This document shows, piece after piece, positions 19,955 through 28,087 of a DNA stretch of 64,000 bases. The stretch is from an uncultured delta proteobacterium (GTDB lineage Bacteria > Myxococcota > Myxococcia > Myxococcales > Myxococcaceae): assembly GCA_963771175.1 (NCBI GenBank), contig CAVYSY010000032.1, positions 96,001 through 160,000 of the forward strand, read 5' to 3'. The first letter of the stretch is position 1; each line of letters begins with the position of its first letter. Under the pieces are notes generated by a model that saw only the letters and a list, made by a program, of their open reading frames with translations, was not told the origin of the DNA and ran no database searches. The translations under genes were made by a program, and so were the position numbers.

Positions 19955-20125
19955 AGTCCGGGGCGAACATCCTCGGGCGCGAACAGATGTGGCGCATGTG
20001 CTCGAACAGACAGCCCGCATTGAGCTTCACAGGGCTCATGGCAGCTCGCGCACTACCTGCATCGAGAGCTGCCCGGGAGAATACAGGCGCTTCGTGTATT
20101 CGGTCACAGTCAACCCCGTGGGTCC
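19944..20125 (-). pseudogene. Remnant of a papain-fold toxin C-terminus plus 5' fragment of an immunity gene
   Basis: 20125-20036 encodes GPTGLTVTEYTKRLYSPGQLSMQVVRELP*; ATGA overlap into a truncated copy of the 17551 gene. Confidence 0.65.
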
Positions 20126-20149
20126 GTGTCAGGCGACAGGTCTACCGGC

Positions 20150-20767
20150 TCAACGCACGATGAAGTCGAATCGCTCCACGGCCGCCTTGAACTCCTCCAC
20201 CGTAGCCCCCCAGCGCTTCGCTTCCTCAGGCGCGTAAAACGTCCGCGCCACCGTGGAGGGCAGTTCCTTGAACCGCCCCTCGAGGATGACCGGAGTAAAG
20301 TCCCCTGGCCACGCCACGCTCAGCAGTTCCTGCCCGTGCTTGATCGGGTCAATAATGGTGAAGCAGGGCCACCTCGGCAGGCGGATCGTTCTCATGTCGC
20401 AGCCCTGAAAACGGCACAGATCCAACCGCGCCTCGGAGAAATCGCAGTTCTCCATCCCCCCGTGCTCCCACCATTCCCCGTGTCCGACCCGCTGGCCGAA
20501 GTCCATACCCGAAAAGCGGCCCTCGAAGCGACAACCCTTGAAGCTCATCGTCGTGAACCGCGTGTCCACGAGCTCGCGCTTTGCCTGGATGGTGCAGTTG
20601 ATCAACGTTCCCCACACGGGGATGACCTGCCGTCCTCCAACACGAATGACGACGGTGCAGTCCCGTAGCGTGAGATTGGGCCCAAGCCAATAGTTGGACT
20701 CCTTCTCTGTCAGCTCCAACTGCTCTCCCTCGATGGTTCGGTTCTCGTAGTGGATGTTCGGAGTCAC
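20150..20767 (-). CDS. Orphan immunity-like protein with pentapeptide/beta-helix-like repeats
   Basis: RBS GAGGGG before GTG; YWLGPNLTLRDCT, FKGCRFEGRFSGMDFG, ENCDFSEARLDLCRFQGCD, RWPCFTI; resembles myxobacterial Sit-type immunity proteins from memory. Confidence 0.6.
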   Translation of the reverse strand: MTPNIHYENRTIEGEQLELTEKESNYWLGPNLTLRDCTVVIRVGGRQVIPVWGTLINCTIQAKRELVDTRFTTMSFKGCRFEGRFSGMDFGQRVGHGEWWEHGGMENCDFSEARLDLCRFQGCDMRTIRLPRWPCFTIIDPIKHGQELLSVAWPGDFTPVILEGRFKELPSTVARTFYAPEEAKRWGATVEEFKAAVERFDFIVR

Positions 20768-20774
20768 GGGCCCC

Positions 20775-20960
20775 TCAGAAGAAAATCATTCGAAAAAACG
20801 TGCTCGCCATCCGCCGCCCATGAGTCTCGAACGGCGGTGCGGTTTCTCCAAGTCTGGTGCCTCCCCGCCGAGTGGAAACGATCCTGAAGGATATGACGAA
20901 AACGTCCCAACCATACAGGAGAGAAGGGGCAACCTCCGGGATGCTCGACCTGGAGGTGGA
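20775..20960 (-). pseudogene. Probable toxin C-terminal stub upstream of the 20767 immunity gene
   Basis: ...IPEVAPSLLYGWDVFV...HGRRMASTFFRMIFF* stops 7 nt before the immunity start; no N-terminus present. Confidence 0.4.
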
Positions 20961-21006
20961 GGGCTTCCAGTTTGGCCCGGGGGACGAGGTGCGCCCCCCC
21001 GCCATT

Positions 21007-21402
21007 CCTCGCGGGCACGGCTATGCTCGGACCCATGACACGCTCCTGGTTCCCGCCGCGCCACCTGTGCCGTGCCCTGTTCTTCCTCGCACTCGGGCCC
21101 CTGTGCCTCGAAGCGCGAGCGGAAACCGCCCCAACCCAGGCCTCCACAGAGGTCCCCTCCCCCTCCGTCGCCCGCTTCGTCCGCGCCTGCGACGCACTCG
21201 AAGCCGGAAACCTGGACGGCGCGGCGAGCGACATCCTCACGCTGCGCGAGACCCTTCCCGAGCGCCCCGAGCCACGCCTGCTGGAGTCACTCCTCTCCCT
21301 CAGGCGTACCCGGCCCGACCTCGGCTGGCGCGACGCCTTCCTCCGGATTGCTGCGCTGCCGCAGCCTTCCCTGGTTTGATCCGAATGAGGAGCCGACCCG
21401 GA
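21007..21402 (+). pseudogene. Internally deleted copy of the 12692 lipoprotein gene plus the Uma2 3' end
   Basis: 21007-21344 closely matches ~12656-13022 with the lipobox Cys lost (CLEAR); 21380-21401 matches 14646-14667 (tccgaatgagg.gc.ga.ccgg). Confidence 0.85.
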
Positions 21403-21413
21403 AGAGGATGGAG

Positions 21414-21890
21414 ATGACAAGCCTCGAAGACCGCTTGGAGATTCACGACCTGGTGTGCCGCTTCATGCAGGCGTTCGACGACAAGGACTGGGTCCTGCTA
21501 CGCGCCTGCCTCACCGACGTGGTGTTCTGCGATTACTCGTCCCTCCGGGGAACGCCCCCGGGAGAGGAGGAGGCCGCGCAGTACGTGGCCAGGCGCCAGG
21601 CGGCTCTCAGCCCGCTCCACATGCAGCACGACTTTTCCAACTTGCGGGTCGAGGTGGACGGCGCACGGGCCCGAGGACGGTGCAACTTCGTCATCCACCG
21701 CTTCGCCCCGGGCTTCAACGGCTCGCCGGAGCAGTTCTTTCACAGCTACGGCCACTATCGGTTCGACTTCACGCGCGAGGCCTCGGGCTGGCGCATCCGC
21801 GGCATCACCCAGGTGGTCCTCCAGAATCATGGCAACCCGGCGCTCCATTCTGGAACCCGAGGAGCACCGACGCCCGCGAAGCAGCCGTAG
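21414..21890 (+). CDS. SnoaL-like / NTF2-family protein
   Basis: LEDRLEIHDLVCRFMQAFDDKDW..LTDVV, QHDFSNLRVEVDG, GHYRFDF..GWRI. Confidence 0.85.
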   Translation: MTSLEDRLEIHDLVCRFMQAFDDKDWVLLRACLTDVVFCDYSSLRGTPPGEEEAAQYVARRQAALSPLHMQHDFSNLRVEVDGARARGRCNFVIHRFAPGFNGSPEQFFHSYGHYRFDFTREASGWRIRGITQVVLQNHGNPALHSGTRGAPTPAKQP

Positions 21891-21980
21891 CGAGGCGAGG
21901 ACCACGGAGGCATGCTACCGAGACCCCACTCTGCTCACATCCCCATCCGGGGCTCGACCTACACCCCTCCGACCCGAGAC

Positions 21981-22844
21981 ATGTCCATTCCGCGTTCAGC
22001 TCCTTTGACACCTCCCAGGGCATCCCGGCGCCTCCTCACGGTCTCCGTGGCCGTGCTCCTCTGCCTGTCCTGCGCCCCCGTCCCCCTTGCGCCTCGCGGC
22101 TCACCCGCGAGAACCAGCTTCACTGGAACGCGCAGCGGCACCCCGGCCCAGTTCAACCAGTCGTGTGGAGCGGCCTGTGGTGCCCCCGTCGCCCCGGGCA
22201 CCGGGGAGATTCTCGCGCCAACGGTCACTCGGGCCGGACAGGTACTCGAGAAGGTCGTCCAAGCCACCGAGGCTCTCAACGGTCTCCTCATCGTCTCGAA
22301 GTTCCTCGACGAGGCCCAGAAGGCGAAGGCCGAGAAAATCCTGGCCGAGTGCGCCAGCGTCGCCAACTTCAAGGTCAACGAGGAACTCTTCGGCGAAGGG
22401 AAGTCCCTACCCGAGTCCGAGTGCCTGAAAAAGCCCACCGTCGCGAATCCAACCGCTGACACATGGGGGCAGCACCTCGGCAACCTCAAACACAAAGCAG
22501 CCTTCCTCTGCGTCCAGGAGCGTCTGACCAAGGAGTTCCCTCACAACTTCTCCATCGAGCCTCGCTATCGCCAGGACAAGATGACAAAAGACGTCATGCT
22601 CACCGACAGAAAGAGTGGCTCGCTCAGGCCGGACGTGGTTCTCCACTTCACTCGAAACGCAACACGGATCCAGTGTATCTACGATTTCAAGTTTCCGTGC
22701 CTGCGAAAAGATCGAATCAACCCACTCAAGGACTCTGACATCAGGGACCAATTGAAGGCGTACTTCGATCTCGAACGCAGTTGCATTCCCGCCATTGTCA
22801 CTCCCGCCCACGGTGTCTACCGCCCTGCCCCTGACTCCCTCTGA
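21981..22844 (+). CDS. Lipoprotein with C-terminal PD-(D/E)XK nuclease (VRR-Nuc/TseV-like toxin), copy 1
   Basis: Signal RRLLTVSVAVLLCLSC; RPDVV...YDFKFPC...QLKAY motifs; coupled to the DUF3396 gene; alternative TTG start at 22005. Confidence 0.75.
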   Translation: MSIPRSAPLTPPRASRRLLTVSVAVLLCLSCAPVPLAPRGSPARTSFTGTRSGTPAQFNQSCGAACGAPVAPGTGEILAPTVTRAGQVLEKVVQATEALNGLLIVSKFLDEAQKAKAEKILAECASVANFKVNEELFGEGKSLPESECLKKPTVANPTADTWGQHLGNLKHKAAFLCVQERLTKEFPHNFSIEPRYRQDKMTKDVMLTDRKSGSLRPDVVLHFTRNATRIQCIYDFKFPCLRKDRINPLKDSDIRDQLKAYFDLERSCIPAIVTPAHGVYRPAPDSL

Positions 22845-23854
22845 TGCTCCAGCACTATCCTCGAATTCGACCGCATGGCGTCTACCCTCCAGACAGCCAG
22901 GAAGGAGGCGAGCGTCTCCTCGCGCGGGAGGTGATTCATTTCGTCTTCTACATGCCACACGATCACCCGGACCTCGCCGCGGGAGTGGCCCACGCCTTCG
23001 ACAGCTATATGAAAGCTGTCGGTGAAGGGCCCAACACGATCAACTCCTGTGCCTTCAACTACTACGATCATGGCCCCCTCTCCGAAGAGCGCTGGAGCCG
23101 CGTCCGCCAATTGCTGCTGCCAGACCGTCCGTTCCGTTACGTGGAAGATTGCACGAACGAGTACCGGGTCAGGGAGATGGAAAAGAGCGGCAGAGAGACG
23201 TGGATTCACCTGGATAACGACCTACAGGAACTCTCGGGCTTTCAACTCACCTACTCAGCCCGTATCCCGACCCGCGACCGGCAGCCATCCGACAACGACG
23301 TGAGCTATCTCGAGGGCATGCTGCCGACCGAGTGCCTTGAGGAACGCGGGCCCGCTGCGGTGAGGGAGCTGATGCTCGACCTGGCTTCGGGCCTTCACTT
23401 CGCCAGTGGCCATGCGGGGCTGAGCTTCGATTCCGTCGTCGGGGACGTGTTCTTCACACGCCGAATCCGCACCGAGCTCCTTCGCCATCCGGGGATCAGT
23501 CTCAACCACGGCTCTGCTCCGGCCTGGATGGGCACGCGCGTGGACGGAGTGCACTGGCTCAACTTCCTGGGCCCTCCCGTCCTTCAGGAGCTGGGCGGCG
23601 TGTCCGCACTGCGTTCCCGCCTGCACTCTCCTGAAACGACTGTCCAGGCAATCGACGGAACGCGGGCCGTCGTGACACTGGGAAATTGGCCTGAAGCGGG
23701 CGATCTCACCCGAGGCAACGCGATCCCCGCCTACCGCGAGTTCGGCCGACTGCTGGAGCCCTGGCTCGACAAGCCCTTCGAGGACCCCAGGTTTCGCGTC
23801 GAGGGCTTCACCCAGGAAGAAGCCATGGGTTGGGCCCGGCGTTTCCTCGACTGA
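22844..23854 (+). CDS. DUF3396 / TsiV-like immunity protein, copy 1
   Basis: LPTE.LEE.GP..VRELML.LA..L.FASGHAGL, RHPGI, VDGVHWLNFLG, VVTLG.WPEAGD, A..WARRF. Confidence 0.82.
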   Translation: MLQHYPRIRPHGVYPPDSQEGGERLLAREVIHFVFYMPHDHPDLAAGVAHAFDSYMKAVGEGPNTINSCAFNYYDHGPLSEERWSRVRQLLLPDRPFRYVEDCTNEYRVREMEKSGRETWIHLDNDLQELSGFQLTYSARIPTRDRQPSDNDVSYLEGMLPTECLEERGPAAVRELMLDLASGLHFASGHAGLSFDSVVGDVFFTRRIRTELLRHPGISLNHGSAPAWMGTRVDGVHWLNFLGPPVLQELGGVSALRSRLHSPETTVQAIDGTRAVVTLGNWPEAGDLTRGNAIPAYREFGRLLEPWLDKPFEDPRFRVEGFTQEEAMGWARRFLD

Positions 23855-23901
23855 ACTACGAGGAGGGAGACACGTTCGAGTCCTTTGACACCTTCCCGGC
23901 C

Positions 23902-24131
23902 GCGCACGGGCCCGAGGACGGTGCAACTTCGTCATCCACCGCTTCGCCCCGGGCTTCAACGGCTCGCCGGAGCAGTTCTTTCACAGCTACGGCCACTATC
24001 AGTTCGACTTCACGCGCGAGTCCTCGGGCTGGCGCATCCGCGGCATCACCCAGGTGGTCCTCCAGAATCATGGCAACCCAGCGCTCCATTCTGGAACCCG
24101 CGGAGCACCGACGCCCGCGAAGCAGCCGTAG
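23902..24131 (+). pseudogene. 3' half of the SnoaL-like gene (duplicated fragment)
   Basis: Near-identical to 21661-21890 with no start region. Confidence 0.85.
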
Positions 24132-24221
24132 CGAGGCGAGGACCACGGAGGCATGCTACCGAGACCCCACTCTGCTCACATCCCCATCCGGGGCTCGACC
24201 TACACCCCTCCGACCCGAGAC

Positions 24222-25082
24222 ATGTCCATTCCGCGTTCAGCTCCTTTGACACCTCCCAGGGCATCCCGGCGCCTCCTCACGGTCTCCGTGGCCGTGCTCC
24301 TCTGCCTGTCCTGCGCCCCCGTCCCCCTTGCGCCTCGCGGCTCACCCGCGAGAACCAGCTTCACTGGAACGCGCAGCGGCACCCCGGCCCAGTTCAACCA
24401 GTCGTGTGGAGCGGCCTGTGGTGCCCCCGTCGCCCCGGGCACCGGGGAGATTCTCGCGCCAACGGTCACTCGGGCCGGACAGGTACTCGAGAAGGTCGCC
24501 CAAGCCACCGAGGCGCTCAACGGTCTCCTCACCGTCTCGAAGTTCCTCGACGAGGCCCAGCGGGCGAAGGCCGAGAAGATCCTGACCGAGTGCGCCAGCG
24601 AAGCCAACTTCAAGGTCAACGAGGAACTTTTCGGGAAGGGGAAGTCGTTGCCCGAATCCGAATGCGACAAGGAGCCCAACGCCAAGAACAAAACCGCTGA
24701 CACCTGGAGGCAGCACCTCGGCAATCTCAAGCACGCAGCCGCCTTCATCTGCGTGCAGGAGCGCCTGGCAGCGGAGTTTCCAAACAATTTCACTATCGAG
24801 CCTCGCTACCGAAGAGAGGAGTTCACGAATGAGCTCCTCCTGACAGATAGATGGCGCGGCTCTCAACGGCCAGACGTGGTCCTCCACTTCACCCGCAACG
24901 CCACTCGAATTCAGTGCATCTACGACTTCAAATTCCCCTGTGATACCGCTGACCGCAGCAACCCCCTCGCCGACCCGCGCACCGAGGCGCAGCTCCTCAA
25001 ATACAAAGATCTCGGCAACGAGGATTGCCTACCAGCGGCCATCACCCCCAGCCTCGGAATCAGCAGGCTCTCCTCCCAATGA
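24222..25082 (+). CDS. Lipoprotein PD-(D/E)XK nuclease toxin, copy 2 (divergent C-terminus)
   Basis: Same N-terminus as copy 1; RPDVV...YDFKFPC...QLLKY. Confidence 0.75.
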   Translation: MSIPRSAPLTPPRASRRLLTVSVAVLLCLSCAPVPLAPRGSPARTSFTGTRSGTPAQFNQSCGAACGAPVAPGTGEILAPTVTRAGQVLEKVAQATEALNGLLTVSKFLDEAQRAKAEKILTECASEANFKVNEELFGKGKSLPESECDKEPNAKNKTADTWRQHLGNLKHAAAFICVQERLAAEFPNNFTIEPRYRREEFTNELLLTDRWRGSQRPDVVLHFTRNATRIQCIYDFKFPCDTADRSNPLADPRTEAQLLKYKDLGNEDCLPAAITPSLGISRLSSQ

Positions 25083-26086
25083 CACAACACTACCCCCGGA
25101 TTCGTCCCTACGGTGTCTATCCTCCCGAGAAGGAGGCCGGCGAGCGTGTCCTCGCGAGAGAGGTGATCCATTTCGTCTTCTACATGCCGCATGATCACCC
25201 GGATCTCGCCGCCGGAGTATCCCACGCATTCGACCGCTACATGAAAGCGGTGGGCGAAGGGCCAGACACCATCAATGCCTGCGCTTTCGGTCACTACACT
25301 CACGGCCCCCTTTCCGACGAGCGGTGGAAACGCATCCGCGAGCTGCTGCTGCCCGACCGTCCCTTCCGCTACGCCGAGGATTGTACCGACCCGTATCGCC
25401 TTAGGGAGCTGGAGAAGGGCGGCAACGAGACATGGATTCACCTGAGCAACGGGCACGACAGACTCTCGGGCTTCAAGCTCACCTACTCAGCCCGTATTCC
25501 GTCCCGAGACCGGGAGCCGTCCGACTACGATGTGAGCTACCTTGAGGGCATGCTGCCGACCGAGTACCTTGAGGAGCATGGCCCCGCTGCGGTGAGGGAG
25601 CTGATGCTCGACCTGGCTTCGGGTCTTCATTTCGCCAGTGGCCATGTGGGGTTGAGCTTCGATTCTCTCATCGGGGACGTGTTCTTTACGCCCCGAATCC
25701 GCACTGAGCTCCTGCGCCATCCGGGGATCAGTCTCAATCATGGATCCATTCCGGACTGGATGGGCACGCGCGTGGACGGAGTGCACTGGCTCAACTTCCT
25801 GGGCCCTCCCGTCCTTCAGGAACTGGGCGGAGTGTCCGCACTTCGTTCCCGCCTGCACTCACCTGAAGCGACGGTCCAGGCAATCGACGGGACTCGAGCC
25901 GTCGTAACGCTGGGGGATTGGCCCGAAGCGGGCGATCTCACCCAAGGCAACGCGCTCCCCGCCTATCGCGAGTTCGGCCGCGGACTGGAGCCCTGGCTCG
26001 ACAAGCCCTTCGAGAACCCCAGGTTCCGTGTCGAAGGATTCACTCAGGAAGAAGCCATGGGTTGGGCCCGGCGTTTCCTCGACTGA
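25079..26086 (+). CDS. DUF3396 / TsiV-like immunity protein, copy 2
   Basis: ATGA overlap; MTQHYPRIRPYG...; homologous to copy 1 throughout. Confidence 0.82.
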   Translation: MTQHYPRIRPYGVYPPEKEAGERVLAREVIHFVFYMPHDHPDLAAGVSHAFDRYMKAVGEGPDTINACAFGHYTHGPLSDERWKRIRELLLPDRPFRYAEDCTDPYRLRELEKGGNETWIHLSNGHDRLSGFKLTYSARIPSRDREPSDYDVSYLEGMLPTEYLEEHGPAAVRELMLDLASGLHFASGHVGLSFDSLIGDVFFTPRIRTELLRHPGISLNHGSIPDWMGTRVDGVHWLNFLGPPVLQELGGVSALRSRLHSPEATVQAIDGTRAVVTLGDWPEAGDLTQGNALPAYREFGRGLEPWLDKPFENPRFRVEGFTQEEAMGWARRFLD

Positions 26087-26214
26087 ACTGAAAGGTGAGA
26101 AACTCGTTCGAGCCCTTTGGCACCTTCCCGGGAGCACCAAATCCAATCAACCCCACTGACGGCAGCAAACCTCGTGGGAGAAAAACTTCGGACAGCGGAA
26201 GTAATCGAGCAATC

Positions 26215-27374
26215 TCAGAATGGAATGCTATCATCCGAAGGGCAATTGGAGCATCCATCTTCGGCCGTGTTTCTATACCTATCCTTCTTATTCATCAGCG
26301 TTCCACATTTGTCACACCAAACAAGATCATAGTTCCGATTCCCGCAATCCGCACAATACTGATTGTTATTAAATTCGGCACCGCAGCGCTCACACGGGTA
26401 CACCAACCTGCTTCCGCAGGCCCCACAAAATGGCTTGTGTGTATTTCTTATGAGACCAGGACCATCATACCAGCCGCCCTTGCCCCACCTCGTGGTTGGA
26501 CAGCGCACATTCAAGCAAAGGGCATCTCCTGGCTCAACTCGCTCAACTACAGCAACCTCCAGACGCTCCAGCTCTACTCTAAAATCATTTGCGCTCTGAA
26601 AACGCTTGGCTGGATCAATGTGACAAGCCTTCCTCAGCAGCTCTCGGAAAAATGGAGAGAGTTGCGACAAATCATTCTCCACAAGCTCAGGCCTGCTAAT
26701 TCTGCGCCCAACGAGCAACTCAAAAAGAACAAGCCCCAACAAAAGAGGTCTGCCCGTCGGTCAACTTCTCTCCCTGAAATTTGCTCGGGAGCCGCATAGA
26801 CCCAGGTACCAGGAGTCCTTTTGTCACCTGTTATGCGAGTGAGCCCTGGCGCAGGGCTCAAGCTAACACCTATTGAGAAATCAATCAGGTAGCAGTGCCC
26901 AGTCTTTGAAACCAGCACATTCTCAGGCTTGACGTCCCTGTGGACAATGTTGTTTTGATGAACGCATGCAAGGGCGCCTAATATCTGCTTAACATACGAT
27001 GTGGCCGTCTTGGGATTTTGTTTCCCATTGCCGATGACCGCATCAAGCCCATGGCCATCGATAAACTGCATAATGATGTACGGTATTGACACATTCACAA
27101 GAGTTGCATTGCCACAAGAGAGCACAAAGGGTATCGAGGGATGCTGAGATTTAGCTAGAAGTTTGGCTTCGCGCTCAAACCGTTTCCGACCGACGGCGTC
27201 GGATTTTCGGCTGGGGTGATCAAAAAACTTAATTGCCAATTCGCGCGCAAGCTTCGGTTGCGTTGCTAGATAAACATTGCCCGAGGCTCCGCGTCCAAGG
27301 CGCTTCCCAAGTATAAGATTGTGCTGTTTGAAGTATTCGATGTACTCACGGGGTGCCTCTGCGTCATTAGCCAT
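26215..27374 (-). CDS. Hanks-type Ser/Thr kinase with C-terminal Zn-ribbon cluster and DDSIPF tail (1-nt frameshift near 26743)
   Basis: LGRGASGNVY, LAIK, HRDVKPEN, DFS, YAAPE; restoring one base gives DLFSLGLVLFELL; IDPAKRF; multiple CxxC; visibly AT-richer DNA. Confidence 0.85.
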
Positions 27375-28021
27375 TCGATTCTTCCTCTGCGGTCCTTATG
27401 CGACATGCAGATCAGCCTGATTCCGCAGTATCGCAGTGGGCACAGGGAGGGGAAGAGGTCTCAGTTCCTTCGAACGGCCACCAGATGAACGGAAGGACGG
27501 CCCCGGAGGCCCCCCATGCGGTTCGGCAACAGAGATTGAAGACGAGAGCCCTCTGGAGCACCGAGGCGCAGTGTTCCCAGGGCGCACGCCTTTCCTGGCC
27601 ACTTGCCCATGAAGACTATGGCAGGTGCTGACAATCCCTGCTTTTCAGTTCAACACCACGCATCTTGAGGTGTCCCGCACGGGAGCAGCTTGCAGGAGCC
27701 CTGGGGAACTACAAATGCACCGGGATAGGCCGAACTCAACCCTTGCGCCTTCAATCTCCCAGGTCATGCGTACATGTGCAGCAGCAACGCAGCGGGACGG
27801 CCTCGTCGCTCAGCAAACTCCAGAAGCAGAGCACCCACATTCCCGCCCAGGAAGTGGACAAGCCAGCGGGGCAGAAGTCACGTCCCCTGGCAGAAGATGG
27901 AGCCACTACATCCGGCACCACCTCATAGAACAGAGTTCACCGGTCGCATGCACCGCTCCTTCCCCCTTGCCCACCCTAACTACACCCCGCCAAGGTCCAT
28001 ACTACTGGGTGCGCACCAACG

Positions 28022-28064
28022 AAAAAACCCGGGGTCGCTCTGGGAGGGACGCGACCCCGGGGTT
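28022..28064 (-). terminator. Rho-independent terminator after ftsA
   Basis: Stem cccggggtcgc / gcgaccccggg followed by a T6 run on the minus strand, about 24 nt after the ftsA stop. Confidence 0.8.
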
Positions 28065-28087
28065 CACTGCGGTACTGCGACAGCTCT

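Larger units (their letters stand above)
21661..26131 (+). repeat. Tandem duplication with 2241-bp unit (21661-23901 and 23902-~26131)
   Basis: gcgcacgggcccgaggacgg... at 21661 and 23902; ORF starts are offset by exactly 2241; the first ~600 bp are nearly identical and the rest has diverged. Confidence 0.92.

Noticed and set aside
26095..26799. 234-aa plus-strand ORF
   Set aside because: Antisense to the kinase C-terminal region with no motifs of its own.
27396..28010. Short ORFs between the kinase and the ftsA terminator
   Set aside because: No recognisable motifs, RBS or codon bias; likely degraded or non-coding DNA.
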